Origin: an uncultured delta proteobacterium
Lineage (GTDB): Bacteria; Desulfobacterota; Syntrophobacteria; Syntrophobacterales; Syntrophobacteraceae
Reading direction: 5' to 3'
NCBI GenBank assembly: GCA_963828705.1
Contig: CAWHGA010000032.1
Coordinates: 7,058 to 71,057, forward strand
Length of the DNA stretch: 64,000 bases
Shown: in pieces, positions 28,316-38,157 of the stretch
How positions within the stretch are numbered: position 1 is the stretch's first letter
Layout: each line of letters starts with the position of its first letter
Translations under genes and position numbers: made by a program
The notes under the pieces: generated by a model
Databases searched by the model: none
Seen by the model: the letters and a program-made list of their open reading frames with translations, nothing else
What the model was told of the DNA's origin: nothing

Positions 28316-31300
28316 AGACGCCCAAGGAACGCCTCTATCGAGTGTTGGTGCTGGGTGCCACCCCGGCTGGTATCGCTGCCACCAACAAGCTGGGGGAACT
28401 TGGCATCCCGGTGACGCTGGTCGATCCCGAAGCCGATCTCAATGCCAAACTGGCGCGTGAGGAATGGCGCCTGAGTTCGGGTGTGACACTGAACTATGCA
28501 CTGCGGCCGGGGTTGCTCCGAATCCTGCGCAACCGCAGCATCCGCACGGTGATGCCCGGTGAGCTGCGTTCCCTGAAGCACAGCACCCAGGGTTTTGCCG
28601 CCCGTCTCAAAGTCCCGCCCGGTTATGTGGACCCCGAACGCTGCACCCTCTGCGGTCGTTGCCAGACCGTTTGCCCGGCGATTACCGCCGATGGCTCTCG
28701 GGCGATCCATCTGAACGGACGCCAGGCTCTGCCCGGTCGGGCGATTCTGGACAAGCGCCAGCAGCCGCTCTGTCAGGCCAACTGCCCCCTGGGTGTCAAC
28801 GCTCAGGCCTATCTGGCCCTGAGCCGCCAGGGTTTATTTGCCGAAGCTCTGGAAGTGGTCCGCCGCGACAACGTGCTGCCGGGGATCTGCGGGCGAATCT
28901 GCACCCATCCGTGTGAAACCGCCTGCCGCCGTGGGGAGCTCGATGAGCCCCTGGCGATTCGGGATATCAAGCGGTTTTTAGCCGATTTTGAATTGACTCA
29001 AGAGAGCCCGGCTGAAAGCGCCGGTACCGGGCAGCGACCTCTGACCGGAACGGTCCCTTCCCCATTGGGGCGCCGTGCCGTCGAGAAGGCCGCCGTCGCC
29101 GTGATCGGATCTGGTCCGGCCGGATTGGCTGCGGCGTCTGATCTGGCGCGGTTCGGTTACGATGTGACGGTCATCGAGAAGGAAGCCGAGCTGGGCGGGA
29201 TGCTTCGCTACGGCATTGGTCCCTACCGGCTGCCGCGCGCTATCCTGGATCGCGAAATCGCTGCCATCGGCGCTTTGGGCGTGGCTTTTCAGACTTCGGT
29301 GTCGTTGGACCTGCAAAATGACCTGGCTGAACTTGGCAAACGTTATGCCGCCATCGTTGTCGCCACCGGCACCTGGAAAGACCGGCGCCTTGGAGTCCCC
29401 GGCGAAGACCTTGACGGTGTCGAAGGCGGTGTCGCTTTTCTTGCTCGCCTGTATCGCGGGGAAGTACTTGAACTCAAGGAGAAGGTCGCGGTCATCGGCG
29501 ACGGCAATGCCGCCTATGATTTGGCGCGGGCGCTGGCGAGGATTGGCGCTGACGTAACCATCGTCTCTTGGTTTCCGGAAGAACTGATTCCGGCTGATCC
29601 TGAAGAAGTGGTGGCGGCCCGCGAGGAAGGCATTGCGCTTATCGACAGTGCCCAGGTGGTCGGTTTTGTCGGTGACGGTGGGCGGCTGAGCCGCTTGCGG
29701 TGCGTCCCGACCCAACCCGGGAAGCCGGATGCCCAGGGGATTCCCTGGCCCGTGCCAGTGGCCGGTGGTGAACCCTTCGAACTTGGCCTTCGATCGGGCT
29801 TTCGTGGCCATCGGCCAGGTGGGCAATGCCGCGGTCCTCGCCTCCCCGGATGGACTACAGGTTACCCCGCGCGGTTTTATCGCCGTCGATGACGGCCTGC
29901 GCACCGGGGTTTCCGGCGTCTATGCCGCCGGGGATGCGGTTACCGGGCCGTCTTCGGTGGTGTGGGCCATGGCTTCCGGACGGCAGGCGGCTGGTGCCGT
30001 GCATCGCCAGCTGAGCGGCGAAGACCTGCCGCCGGGTTTGACCAGCCGCCCCGGCGAGCGCGATTTTTGCGCTATTCCGGCCGATCTGCCGTCGGTCGCG
30101 CGCACACACATGCCGGAACGCCAGGCAGCAACCCGCTGCGCGGGTTTCGCTGAAGTGGCCCTGGGGTTGACCGAAACCCAGGTGTTGGCGGAAAGTGCCC
30201 GTTGCCTGCAGTGTGGGGTTTGTTCCGAGTGCCTCCAGTGCCTGGATGCCTGTGGAACGGTGGCGGCCATCCGGCACGACGATCGTGAGACGGAACTGGT
30301 TGAACAGGCGGGGGTGGTGATCGTCGCCGATCCGGCGCTGACCCTGGGGATCAGGGGCGATGACGTGATCCGCGCCTACAGCACCAAGGCCGCCCGAGAC
30401 GACGCCCATGCCATGATGCTGCGGGGGTTTGCCGCCGCGGCCGAAGCCATGCACTTGCTGGGCGGCAGTTCCCAGCGGCTTAAGGGGCACGGACTGGTTT
30501 TCGCCCCGCCCGACCCGCAGCTCACCGATGAACTCCGCCTGGGGGTGTTTGTCTGTCGCTGCAATGACTCGTTTGGCTGGGCTGGGGAACTGGATGATTA
30601 CCTGAGCGGGCTTCGCGCCCGTCCCGAAGTCCTGGTGGCCGACACCGTGATGTCTGCCTGCACACCCGACGGCACTGCCGCCATGGTCCGTACCATCCGC
30701 GAAAAGAACCTGAGCCGGGTGGTTTTGGCGTCCTGCGTGTGTTGCCCGCTGGATTTTGTCTGCACGGCCTGCACTGATCAGCGCAGTCGGCTAAAAGACG
30801 CACTCTTCAACGGCACCGGCATCCCTCGCGCCATGGTGGAAACCTGCAACGTGCGAGGTGAAGTGCTGCGCTGGCTGGAGGAGGATGAAGCGTTTGCGGT
30901 GGAACGTTTCACCGGGCTGCTGGACCGTTCCATCAACCGTGCGCAGTCGCTCAAGACGCTGCCGGCCCCGGCGCGGCCCTATAACTTTGCCACTGCGGTC
31001 ATCGGGGTTTCGGAAGCGGCCGTCAAGAGCGCTCTGACACTGGCCGATGCCGGTATGGAGGTGTTCTTGTTCGGCACCCCCGACCAGCCTCTGGAAGAGA
31101 CCCTGGTTCATGCCAACATCCGCAGCTTTGACGGGTCGTCGGTCAAGGGGCTGCGTGGTACGGTGGGAAACTTCCAGGTGGTGGTGGCAATGGACGGGGT
31201 TGAGCAGACCATTCAGGTGGGGGCGGTGATCCTCGGCGAACAGTCCCGGCGCCGCATCCCGTATTTGCCCCAAGCCGGCCTGCCGCCGCGTCTGGTGGAA

Positions 31301-31717
31301 TCCTCCATGCAACAGAAGGGAGTGACCGGAATTCCGTTTTTCTATCCGGGTGCTACTTCCATTCCCGGATTGTTCCTGGCCAACCCGCCGGGTATCCAGG
31401 TGTCGCAACGGGTCAAGGGGGCGGCGGCGGCGATTCTGGTGGCCACCGTCATGCCGCGGAAGCCTCGGCAGAATAAGGGCTATACCGTGGTGGTCAGCGA
31501 GGCGCAATGCCGGGGCTGTGGCCGGTGCATCCAGGCCTGTCCCTACCAGGCCGTGTTCTTCCGCCGCAACGCCGTGGGCGGTATGACTTCAGTGGTGGAT
31601 GAAGCGCTCTGCAAAGGCTGTGGCAACTGTATATCGGTTTGTCCGAGCAATGCGGCGGATAGTCCCTATCGCGATCAGAACTACCTGGAACAAATGATCG
31701 AAGAGATACTCGCTTAG
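28312..31717 (+). CDS. Large multidomain flavo-iron-sulfur oxidoreductase (GltD-like NAD(P)H module fused to an HdrA-like/ferredoxin module; HdrL-type); frame broken once (+1) near 29783-29790
   Basis: Rossmann motif VLVLGATPAGIAA. GltD-like motifs CQANCPLGVNAQAY, CTHPCETACRRG, VAVIGSGPAGLAAASDL and GVYAAGDAV. The C-terminus has CRGCGRCIQACP and CKGCGNCISVCP. ORFs 28312..29892 and 29729..31717 join at ...GEPFEL/AFDRAFVAIGQ. Confidence 0.75.
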
Positions 31718-31789
31718 CGTGAGGGCGTTCAGCGCGGCCGCAGCTTGTAGCTTGCAGCAAACAAATGATTGAAGAGAACCTGGTGTAGC

Positions 31790-32338
31790 ATGGACAACCT
31801 CAAGATCGTCGTATTCTTGTGCAACTGGGGGCCGCACGCCGCCTTCCAGACGCTTCAGGACACCTGTTGTGCCATCCCGCGGGAAGTGCGAATGGTACGC
31901 ATCCCCTGCACGGGGCGGATCAGCAAGTCGCTGCTGTTCAAGGCTTTTGAAATGGGGGCCGACGGCGTCGCTCTGATCGGCTGCCAAGAAGGCACCTGCC
32001 GCTACGGCAGCGGCACCGACAACGCCACTCACAACGTCGAACCCACGCGCGGCATTCTGCAGATGCTGGGGATGGGTAAGGAGCGGCTGCGTTGGGTAAC
32101 GTTCCTGCCTGAAGACACTGCCGGGCTGCTGAGCTTTTTGCAGGATTTTCGAAAAGATGTGCAGACTCTGGGGAAGAACCCGGCGGTGCCGGCGATACGG
32201 ACAGCGACAGCGGGGAGCGAATCGCCGCAGGAGATACCCCGCCTTGGCGATGGACCCGACGGGGACGGCCGCCATGGCATTTCACCGTCCCGTCGCCCCC
32301 ACGCCCTCGCAGCCTGGCGCCCTCGCGGCTCTCGATGA
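31790..32338 (+). CDS. MvhD-like (methyl-viologen-reducing hydrogenase delta subunit family) protein
   Basis: VVFLCNWGPH...IPCTGRIS...GADGVALIGCQEGTCRY. The 3' end overlaps the next ORF, so the end is uncertain. Confidence 0.75.
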   Translation: MDNLKIVVFLCNWGPHAAFQTLQDTCCAIPREVRMVRIPCTGRISKSLLFKAFEMGADGVALIGCQEGTCRYGSGTDNATHNVEPTRGILQMLGMGKERLRWVTFLPEDTAGLLSFLQDFRKDVQTLGKNPAVPAIRTATAGSESPQEIPRLGDGPDGDGRHGISPSRRPHALAAWRPRGSR

Positions 32339-33497
32339 GCCCACCCGGAGACTTTTGAGCGCCCACGACATTTACGCTTGCCAGGACTGCGGCAAATGTT
32401 CTTCGGCCTGTCCCATCACCCTGGTGGGCAAGCCGTTCTCGCCCCGGGCTATGGCCGGGAGGATTATTGCCGGCGGAGTGTCCGATCCGTTGGTGGATGC
32501 CGACATCTGGTCGTGCCTTACGTGCGGTCTGTGCCATGATCGTTGTCCATCGGCGATCGATTTCCCGGAGTTTATCCGGGAACTGCGGGCGTTGGAATGT
32601 TCCGGCGGGAGCAGTGCGCATGAAGCCCACGGCGGCTTCTTCCAATCGCTGATGCGGACCATGACTTCGCCGGATCTTCCCGTCCGGCATTGGGACTGGC
32701 TTCCCGAGGATGTCCGCACCGATCCGCAAAGCAAGATGCTGTTCTTTGGTGGCTGCGCCCCCTACTTTGACATCTTTTTTCGACAGCACCTCGGGGTCCA
32801 GACCAGTGATATCCTGGTGGACAGTCTGCGGTTGCTCAACTTTTTCGACATCACACCGGCGCTGCTTCCCGACGAACGCTGCTGCGGCCACGACCTGCTG
32901 TGGTCCGGGGACCGGGAGAATTTCCGGAAGCTGGCGCGACTCAACGTCGAAGCCATTGCCGATCTGGGCGTGGAACAAGTGGTCACCGCCTGCCCCGAAT
33001 GTTTCCGAACCCTCGGGCACGACTACCGGGAGCTGGGTCTGGAATTGCCTTTCGGCGTGACCCATCTGTATGAACTCCTGGAACGCGAAATCGACAAAGG
33101 CGCCATTGCCTTTGAGCGTCTCGATCGGCGCCTCACCTTCCAGGACCCGTGCCGCTTGAGTCGTGTGGGGAAGACGGCGGGGGGCGGTGCCGAACTGCCG
33201 CGAAAGCTCCTCCAGCGGCTACAGCCCAAGGCCTATCGGGAAATGGCCGACAGCGGCGTGTCGGCCCTGTGCTGTGGCAATTGCGCCTGGACCGGCTGCG
33301 ATGCCTACAGCAAGGCGCTCCAGGTCAAACGGCTGCGACAGGCACGGGAAACCGGCAGTGACCTCTTGGTGACCGCCTGCCCTAAATGCCAGATCCATCT
33401 GCGTTGTGCCATGGAAGATCCCTTCTGCGGGGACGAGATTCGAATGGAGATGCAGGACCTCGCTACGGTCCTGGCCCGAACGATTCACTGGAAGTGA
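32274..33497 (+). CDS. HdrC/HdrB-like fusion (2x[4Fe-4S] and two CCG cysteine-rich domains)
   Basis: CQDCGKCSSACP and CLTCGLCHDRCP are HdrC-like. ERCCGHD and ALCCGNCAW are CCG motifs and HdrB-like. The start (32250 or 32274) is uncertain. Confidence 0.8.
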   Translation: MAFHRPVAPTPSQPGALAALDEPTRRLLSAHDIYACQDCGKCSSACPITLVGKPFSPRAMAGRIIAGGVSDPLVDADIWSCLTCGLCHDRCPSAIDFPEFIRELRALECSGGSSAHEAHGGFFQSLMRTMTSPDLPVRHWDWLPEDVRTDPQSKMLFFGGCAPYFDIFFRQHLGVQTSDILVDSLRLLNFFDITPALLPDERCCGHDLLWSGDRENFRKLARLNVEAIADLGVEQVVTACPECFRTLGHDYRELGLELPFGVTHLYELLEREIDKGAIAFERLDRRLTFQDPCRLSRVGKTAGGGAELPRKLLQRLQPKAYREMADSGVSALCCGNCAWTGCDAYSKALQVKRLRQARETGSDLLVTACPKCQIHLRCAMEDPFCGDEIRMEMQDLATVLARTIHWK

Positions 33498-33523
33498 AAT
33501 GAGAGAGGAAAGAAGAACTCACC

Positions 33524-35911
33524 ATGGGAAGTTCTGAGCACTTGACGGCGGACGGGACGCGCATTGGCGTTTATGTGTGCCACTGCGGCCACAACATCGC
33601 CAAAACCGTGGACTGTTCGCAAGTGGCCGCCGGCGCCGCCGGTTTGGAGGACGTAGTGGTGGCCCGGGATGTCCCCTATGCCTGTTCAGGACCCGGCCAA
33701 AACAGCATCAAGGAAGACATTGCCGCCAACCAGTTGGACCGGGTGGTGGTGGTGGCGTGTTCACCGCGACTGCATGAACCCACCTTCCGTCAGATGCTGC
33801 AGGGGGCGGGACTCAACCCCTATCTCCTGGAAATGGCCAACATCCGGGAGCACTGCAGTTGGGTGCACATGAACGAACCGCAAGAGGCAACCGCCAAGGC
33901 GGCCGATCTGACCCGCATGGCGGTGGCCCGGGTACGGCAGCTTAGGCCGCTCACTGGCGAGCGCCTGGCGCTGACCAAGCGCACCCTGGTGATCGGTGGC
34001 GGGGTGGCCGGCATTCAGGCGGCCCTGGACCTGGCCGACAACGGCTACGATGTGGTGCTGATCGAAAGGAAACCTTCCATTGGCGGCACCATGGCACAGC
34101 TTGATAAGACCTTTCCCACCATGGACTGCTCCATCTGAATTCTGGGGCCGAAGATGACGGATGTCGGTCGACATCCCCGGATCAAGCTCTACACGCTGAG
34201 CGAAGTGGTGGACGTTAAGGGTCAGGTGGGCAATTTTGACGTCAAGATCCGCAAAAAAGCCCGTTACGTGGACGAAAAGGAATGCACGGCCTGCGGCGAA
34301 TGTTCCAAGGTCTGCCCGGTGGTGCGCCCCGATGAATTCAACCTCGGGCTGTCGTCGCGTAAGGCCATCTTTTCGCCGTTCCCACAGGCGGTGCCGTCGG
34401 CCTATGTGCTCAATGCCAACGAATGCCTCGGCCACAACCCGGCCGTGTGCGCCAAGTGCGTGGAAGTCTGCGAGCGTGGCTGCATCAACTTCCACATGTC
34501 TGATGAAGAGATCGTCGAACGGGTGGGGAGCATCGTGGTGGCTACCGGGTTAGAACCCTACGACCCCACGGCCATGGACGAATACGGTTACACCAGGTTT
34601 GAAAACGTGGTGACCAGCCTGGAATTCGAACGGTTGGTCAATGCCGGCGGTCCCAGCAAAGGGGAGGTGATCCGGCCGTCGGACCGCAAGCGGCCCCGTT
34701 CCATCGGCTTTATCCAGTGCGTCGGTTCGCGCGCGGCGCACAAGGGTCATGCTTATTGTTCCAACGTTTGCTGCATGAACACCGTGAAAAGCACTCTGGT
34801 GCTTAAGGAAAACTATCCGGACATGGAAGTCCGGGTGTTCTACATCGACATGCGGGCTTTTGGGAAGGGTTTCGAAGATCTCTACAAACGCAGCCGGCGG
34901 CTCGGGGTGCATTACGTGCGAGGGCTTCCGGGGACGGTGGAGCAAAAACCCGACGGGGGCCTTCGGGTGAGTGTGGAAAACACCGCCAGCGGCGTCATCG
35001 AGACCTATGACCTGGATATGCTGGTGCTGGCCATCGGGGTGGAACCAGCCAAGAGCACCCAGAAACTCCAGGAAATGCTGGGGTTGCAGCTGACTTCCGA
35101 TGGGTTCTACCTGGAAGCCCATCCCAAGCTGCAGCCGGTGGATGCGGCCACGCGGGGGATCTTTTTTGCGGGCTGCGCGGAAAGCCCCAAGGACATCAAG
35201 GAAAGCGTGACCCAGGCGTCCGCGGCGGCAGCCCGCGCCATCCGGTTGATGCACCGGGGCGAAATCCTGACCGAACCGATCACCTCGGAAGTGATCGCCG
35301 AACACTGCAAATCCTGCGGCAAATGCGCCGAAGTGTGCCCCTACAATGCCATCACCGTGGATGTGAAGAAAAAGACCGCGGCCGTGGTCAATACCGCTGC
35401 CTGCGCCGGATGTGGGACCTGCGCCGCGGAATGCCCCTTTGGCGCCATCACCATGAACCACTTCACCGACGTCCAGATCCTGGAGCAGGTGGATGAGTTG
35501 CTGGCGGAATCCCCGCAGGAAAAAATCCTGGGGTTTGCCTGCAACTGGTGCAGCTATGCCGGAGCCGATTACGCCGGGGTTTCACGCCTGCAGTACCCGC
35601 CCAATGTGCGCCTCATCCGCACCATGTGTTCCGGGCGGGTGGACGAGGACTTCATCTGGCACGCCTTCGCCAAAGGGGCTCCGGTGGTGCTGGTGAGCGG
35701 CTGTCACATCGGCGATTGCCACTACATCAACGCCAACCACTGGACCGAAAAGCGGGTCAAAAAGGTGCACAAGAAGATGGCTAAACTGGGTATCCGGCCG
35801 GAGCGGCTGCAACTGGAATGGATCAGCGCCGCCGAAGGGATTCGCTTCGCCAACATCATGGCCCGCATCGAAAAGCTGCGGCAGACTGTCACCTCCGGAA
35901 GAAATCGCTGA
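33524..35911 (+). CDS. hdrA: Heterodisulfide reductase subunit A with in-frame UGA (selenocysteine) at 34136-34138 and a C-terminal MvhD-like domain
   Basis: ORFs 33524..34138 and 34154..35911 are in the same frame. Read-through gives DKTFPTMDCSI-U-ILGPKMTDVGRHP, which aligns with the conserved HdrA D-C-S-x-C-I-L-x-P-K motif. Other motifs are GGGVAGIQAALDLA, CTACGECSKVCP, CKSCGKCAEVCP and CAGCGTCAAECP. The tail is MvhD-like (FACNWCSYAGAD...SGCHIGDCHY). Confidence 0.85.
34159..34176 (+). promoter_or_regulatory. SECIS-like hairpin (7-bp stem, GGUC tetraloop) downstream of the hdrA UGA
   Basis: GGAUGUC-GGUC-GACAUCC, with the loop starting 27 nt after the UGA. The loop sequence is the same as the apical GGUC loop of the E. 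coli fdhF SECIS, as I remember it. Confidence 0.6.
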
Positions 35912-36060
35912 AACCATTCGTATTCTCAGCAATGGCCAGCAGGCAGATGAATAGCGTGGTGGGCCGGGAGGACGGCTGGCAGCAGGCCGCCCCCTCCCGC
36001 TTCCTGCCAAAACGCTACTTGTTTGGGTTTGCATTTTTCGTTCGGCATAATCAACAGACC

Positions 36061-36108
36061 CACCACCAAGGCATCAAGACGCAAAGGATTCCAAGTGCCT
36101 TGGTGGTG
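36061..36108. repeat. Perfect 13-bp inverted repeat CACCACCAAGGCA ... TGCCTTGGTGGTG (22-nt spacer)
   Basis: Read directly. It lies between the hdrA 3' end and the TA island. No T-run follows. Confidence 0.6.
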
Positions 36109-36226
36109 ACTTCGCAAAACAAGATCTCATTCTCATCGAAGACGACTCAACTGCTTCCACTATCCGCAATCCGCCACCTTGGTTCCTGAACGTGTGACAG
36201 TCTCCGGTCGAGCCAGTCATTAGTGC

Positions 36227-36255
36227 TTGACATGGCGTACGGCATGCCGTACCAT
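36227..36255 (+). promoter_or_regulatory. yefM-yoeB promoter with overlapping 16-bp palindromic operator GTACGGCATGCCGTAC
   Basis: TTGACA (36227-36232). The palindrome spans 36237-36252. The -10-like TACCAT is at 36250-36255. GTAC half-sites are reminiscent of known YefM operators. Confidence 0.5.
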
Positions 36256-36287
36256 CTTGAGACACAACCAGAAGGGGATATTCTGCC

Positions 36288-36530
36288 ATGGCTACATTCT
36301 CGGCTACAGAAGCACGGGCGAAGCTATATCGACTGATCGATGAGGCCGCTTCTTCCCACGAACCCATCCTCATTACTGGCAAACGCAGCAATGCGATCCT
36401 TATCTCGGAGGACGACTGGCGCTCTATTCAGGAGACCCTTCACCTGCTGTCGGTTCCCGGTATGCGGGATTCCATCATCGATGGGCTCAACACACCTGTT
36501 ACCGAGTGCTCCGAAAAACTGGACTGGTGA
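36288..36530 (+). CDS. yefM: Phd/YefM-family antitoxin
   Basis: MATFSATEARAKLYRLIDEAASSHEPILITGKRSNAILISEDDWRSIQETLHLLS is a canonical YefM sequence. Confidence 0.9.
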   Translation: MATFSATEARAKLYRLIDEAASSHEPILITGKRSNAILISEDDWRSIQETLHLLSVPGMRDSIIDGLNTPVTECSEKLDW

Positions 36531-36796
36531 TGGTGAGGTGGCGTGTTGTTTTCACCAAACAGGCCCAGAAGGATGCCAGGAAGATCTCGAGTTCTGGGCT
36601 CAAGCCCAAGGTCGCGCAGCATCTCTTACTTCTTCGTGACAACCCCTATCAAGTCCCCCCAGTCTACGAGAAACTCGTGGGCGACCTCACTGGAGCTTAT
36701 TCCCGCCGCATCAACATCCAGCATCGGCTGGTCTATCAAGTCCTGGATGACGAACGGGTGGTCAAGATCATTCGGATGTGGACTCATTACGAGTGA
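36530..36796 (+). CDS. yoeB: Txe/YoeB-family toxin (RelE fold)
   Basis: ...LLLRDNPYQVPPVYEKLVGDLTGAYSRRINIQHRLVYQV...VKIIRMWTHYE. The start overlaps the yefM stop. Confidence 0.9.
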   Translation: MVRWRVVFTKQAQKDARKISSSGLKPKVAQHLLLLRDNPYQVPPVYEKLVGDLTGAYSRRINIQHRLVYQVLDDERVVKIIRMWTHYE

Positions 36797-36963
36797 GAAC
36801 TCTGGTCTTCCGCGAGCAATGCTTTGCCATCGTATCAAAGCGTGGTGGCAGTATCGCCAGCAGGGCAGTGCATTGAGAGTTGAGGCGGCTTGGCGAGGCC
36901 ACTCAGTTGGCTCGGAAGGACATTGACCAAGACCGGCTCATTCGCTTGGGAGTCGGCACCATA

Positions 36964-36975
36964 ACGGCATGCCGT
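36964..36975. repeat. Second, orphan copy of the operator core ACGGCATGCCGT
   Basis: The identical 12-bp palindrome occurs about 170 bp downstream of yoeB. Confidence 0.5.
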
Positions 36976-37111
36976 ATTTGGGGTCCTCTGCACACAACCT
37001 TCTGCTGATGTATACTTATCAAGGATTAAAAGCTACATTTCTGAATGACTGAAAATTCGGGCTGAGCAGTGTCTCAAGCTCATCTCGATACTCCGTGGCG
37101 TGCCCTCGCGT

Positions 37112-37432
37112 TCAGGCGGGCAATTCATCTTGCAAAAGATGGCGCGACCGGAAAGTAACGTTCACTTCAACGTCCTCATCAAGTTTTCCGAGTATCGTAA
37201 TCATGCGATCAAGCGTAAAGCGTCCAAGCTTCGCGTTGCGAATGCGCGAAAACTCCGAATGCGCTACGCCCGTTAGTCTTTCGGCCTCGCGTGTTGATAG
37301 ACCACGCTCGTCAAGCGTGCGTATGATCTTCGCTGCAAGAATGGCGCGAGCCTGTTCAACACCGGCGTTAACGCGGCCAAAGTCACGAAAAGCATTGCCA
37401 CTGCCGCGAATGAGTTCAAGGTCGTTGTTCAT
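37112..37432 (-). CDS. XRE-family HTH antitoxin (HigA-like)
   Basis: GSGNAFRDFG...ILAAKIIRTLDERGLSTREAERLTGVAHSEFSRIRNAKLGRFTLDRMITIL is typical of antitoxins paired with Gp49/HigB-like toxins. Confidence 0.75.
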   Translation of the reverse strand: MNNDLELIRGSGNAFRDFGRVNAGVEQARAILAAKIIRTLDERGLSTREAERLTGVAHSEFSRIRNAKLGRFTLDRMITILGKLDEDVEVNVTFRSRHLLQDELPA

Positions 37433-37545
37433 TGTAAAGCCTCCCTTAATCGTTTCAGGCGGTCGCGGATAGGGTCAACCTCCATCTTGGGTGTCTTAAT
37501 TCCAGCTTTGGATTTCTTCTGAAAGGCGTGAATAACCCAAGGGGG
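37429..37545 (-). pseudogene. C-terminal stump of a Gp49/HigB (RelE-superfamily) toxin
   Basis: Hand translation of the minus strand gives PPWVIHAFQKKSKAGIKTPKMEVDPIRDRLKRLREALQ*, preceded by an in-frame TAG. The stop overlaps the antitoxin ATG (ATGA). Only about 38 codons remain. Confidence 0.55.
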
Positions 37546-37778
37546 CTATCCAGTTCGCTCAAGTTGCCTCAGGATTCGACCATGACAACGCCAGTTGTTC
37601 AAGGAAGGAAGGTTGCCAGCTGATGTGAAGCGGATGGAACACCCGCCCATTGCAAGCTCTTTGGCCACCATGCCTGGAAGAGATAGAATCCACGGTCATT
37701 TGCACAGCAGCATCGGTCGTCGAGCTTATCGTGTTTAAACGAAGGTATTCGCCGTGAGCGAGCGAACGTGATCACTTT

Positions 37779-38150
37779 CTAGCTTATGGCTGACACAGCA
37801 CATGAACTTGAGCGAAATGGATAGCCCCTTAACCCAAATATCAGTGCCGATCTTAACAGCGTAGATGACCCGGAAAGCGTCCCCTCGATGCCGGAGCGCA
37901 ATTTCGAACACGCCACCAGAAGATAGCCGTTGCCAAGAAGCTTTGCGCTGTCACCGTCAAGGTCCTGGCTTGTCTGGACGCCAGGCGGATCGCTAGCCTC
38001 GATGGTTGGTTTCTGAAGAGCTGGGTTCTGATCGAGATAGTTCTCGAAGTTTTCGGTCACGCCGATAGGGGCCGCTTCAATTTTTCCTCTGGTCCTCTGA
38101 TTTCTCCCGCAAGACATCATCAAAATCCTTGACAGGAGAAATACTTTCAC
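37779..38150 (-). CDS. Hypothetical ORF (weak)
   Basis: ORF-track entry only. No recognisable motifs, and it lies in a lower-GC region. Confidence 0.25.
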   Translation of the reverse strand: MKVFLLSRILMMSCGRNQRTRGKIEAAPIGVTENFENYLDQNPALQKPTIEASDPPGVQTSQDLDGDSAKLLGNGYLLVACSKLRSGIEGTLSGSSTLLRSALIFGLRGYPFRSSSCAVSAIS

Positions 38151-38157
38151 CTAATAT
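38129..38157 (+). promoter_or_regulatory. Sigma70-like promoter upstream of the 38273 ORF/lexA pair
   Basis: TTGACA (38129-38134), 17-nt spacer, TAATAT (38152-38157). Confidence 0.45.

Noticed and set aside
34136-34138. The ORF track shows hdrA as two ORFs (33524..34138 and 34154..35911), which could be read as two genes or a nonsense pseudogene.
   Set aside because: Both parts share one frame. The TGA replaces the conserved Cys of the DCSxC-ILxPK motif, and a SECIS-like hairpin follows, so the codon is interpreted as selenocysteine.
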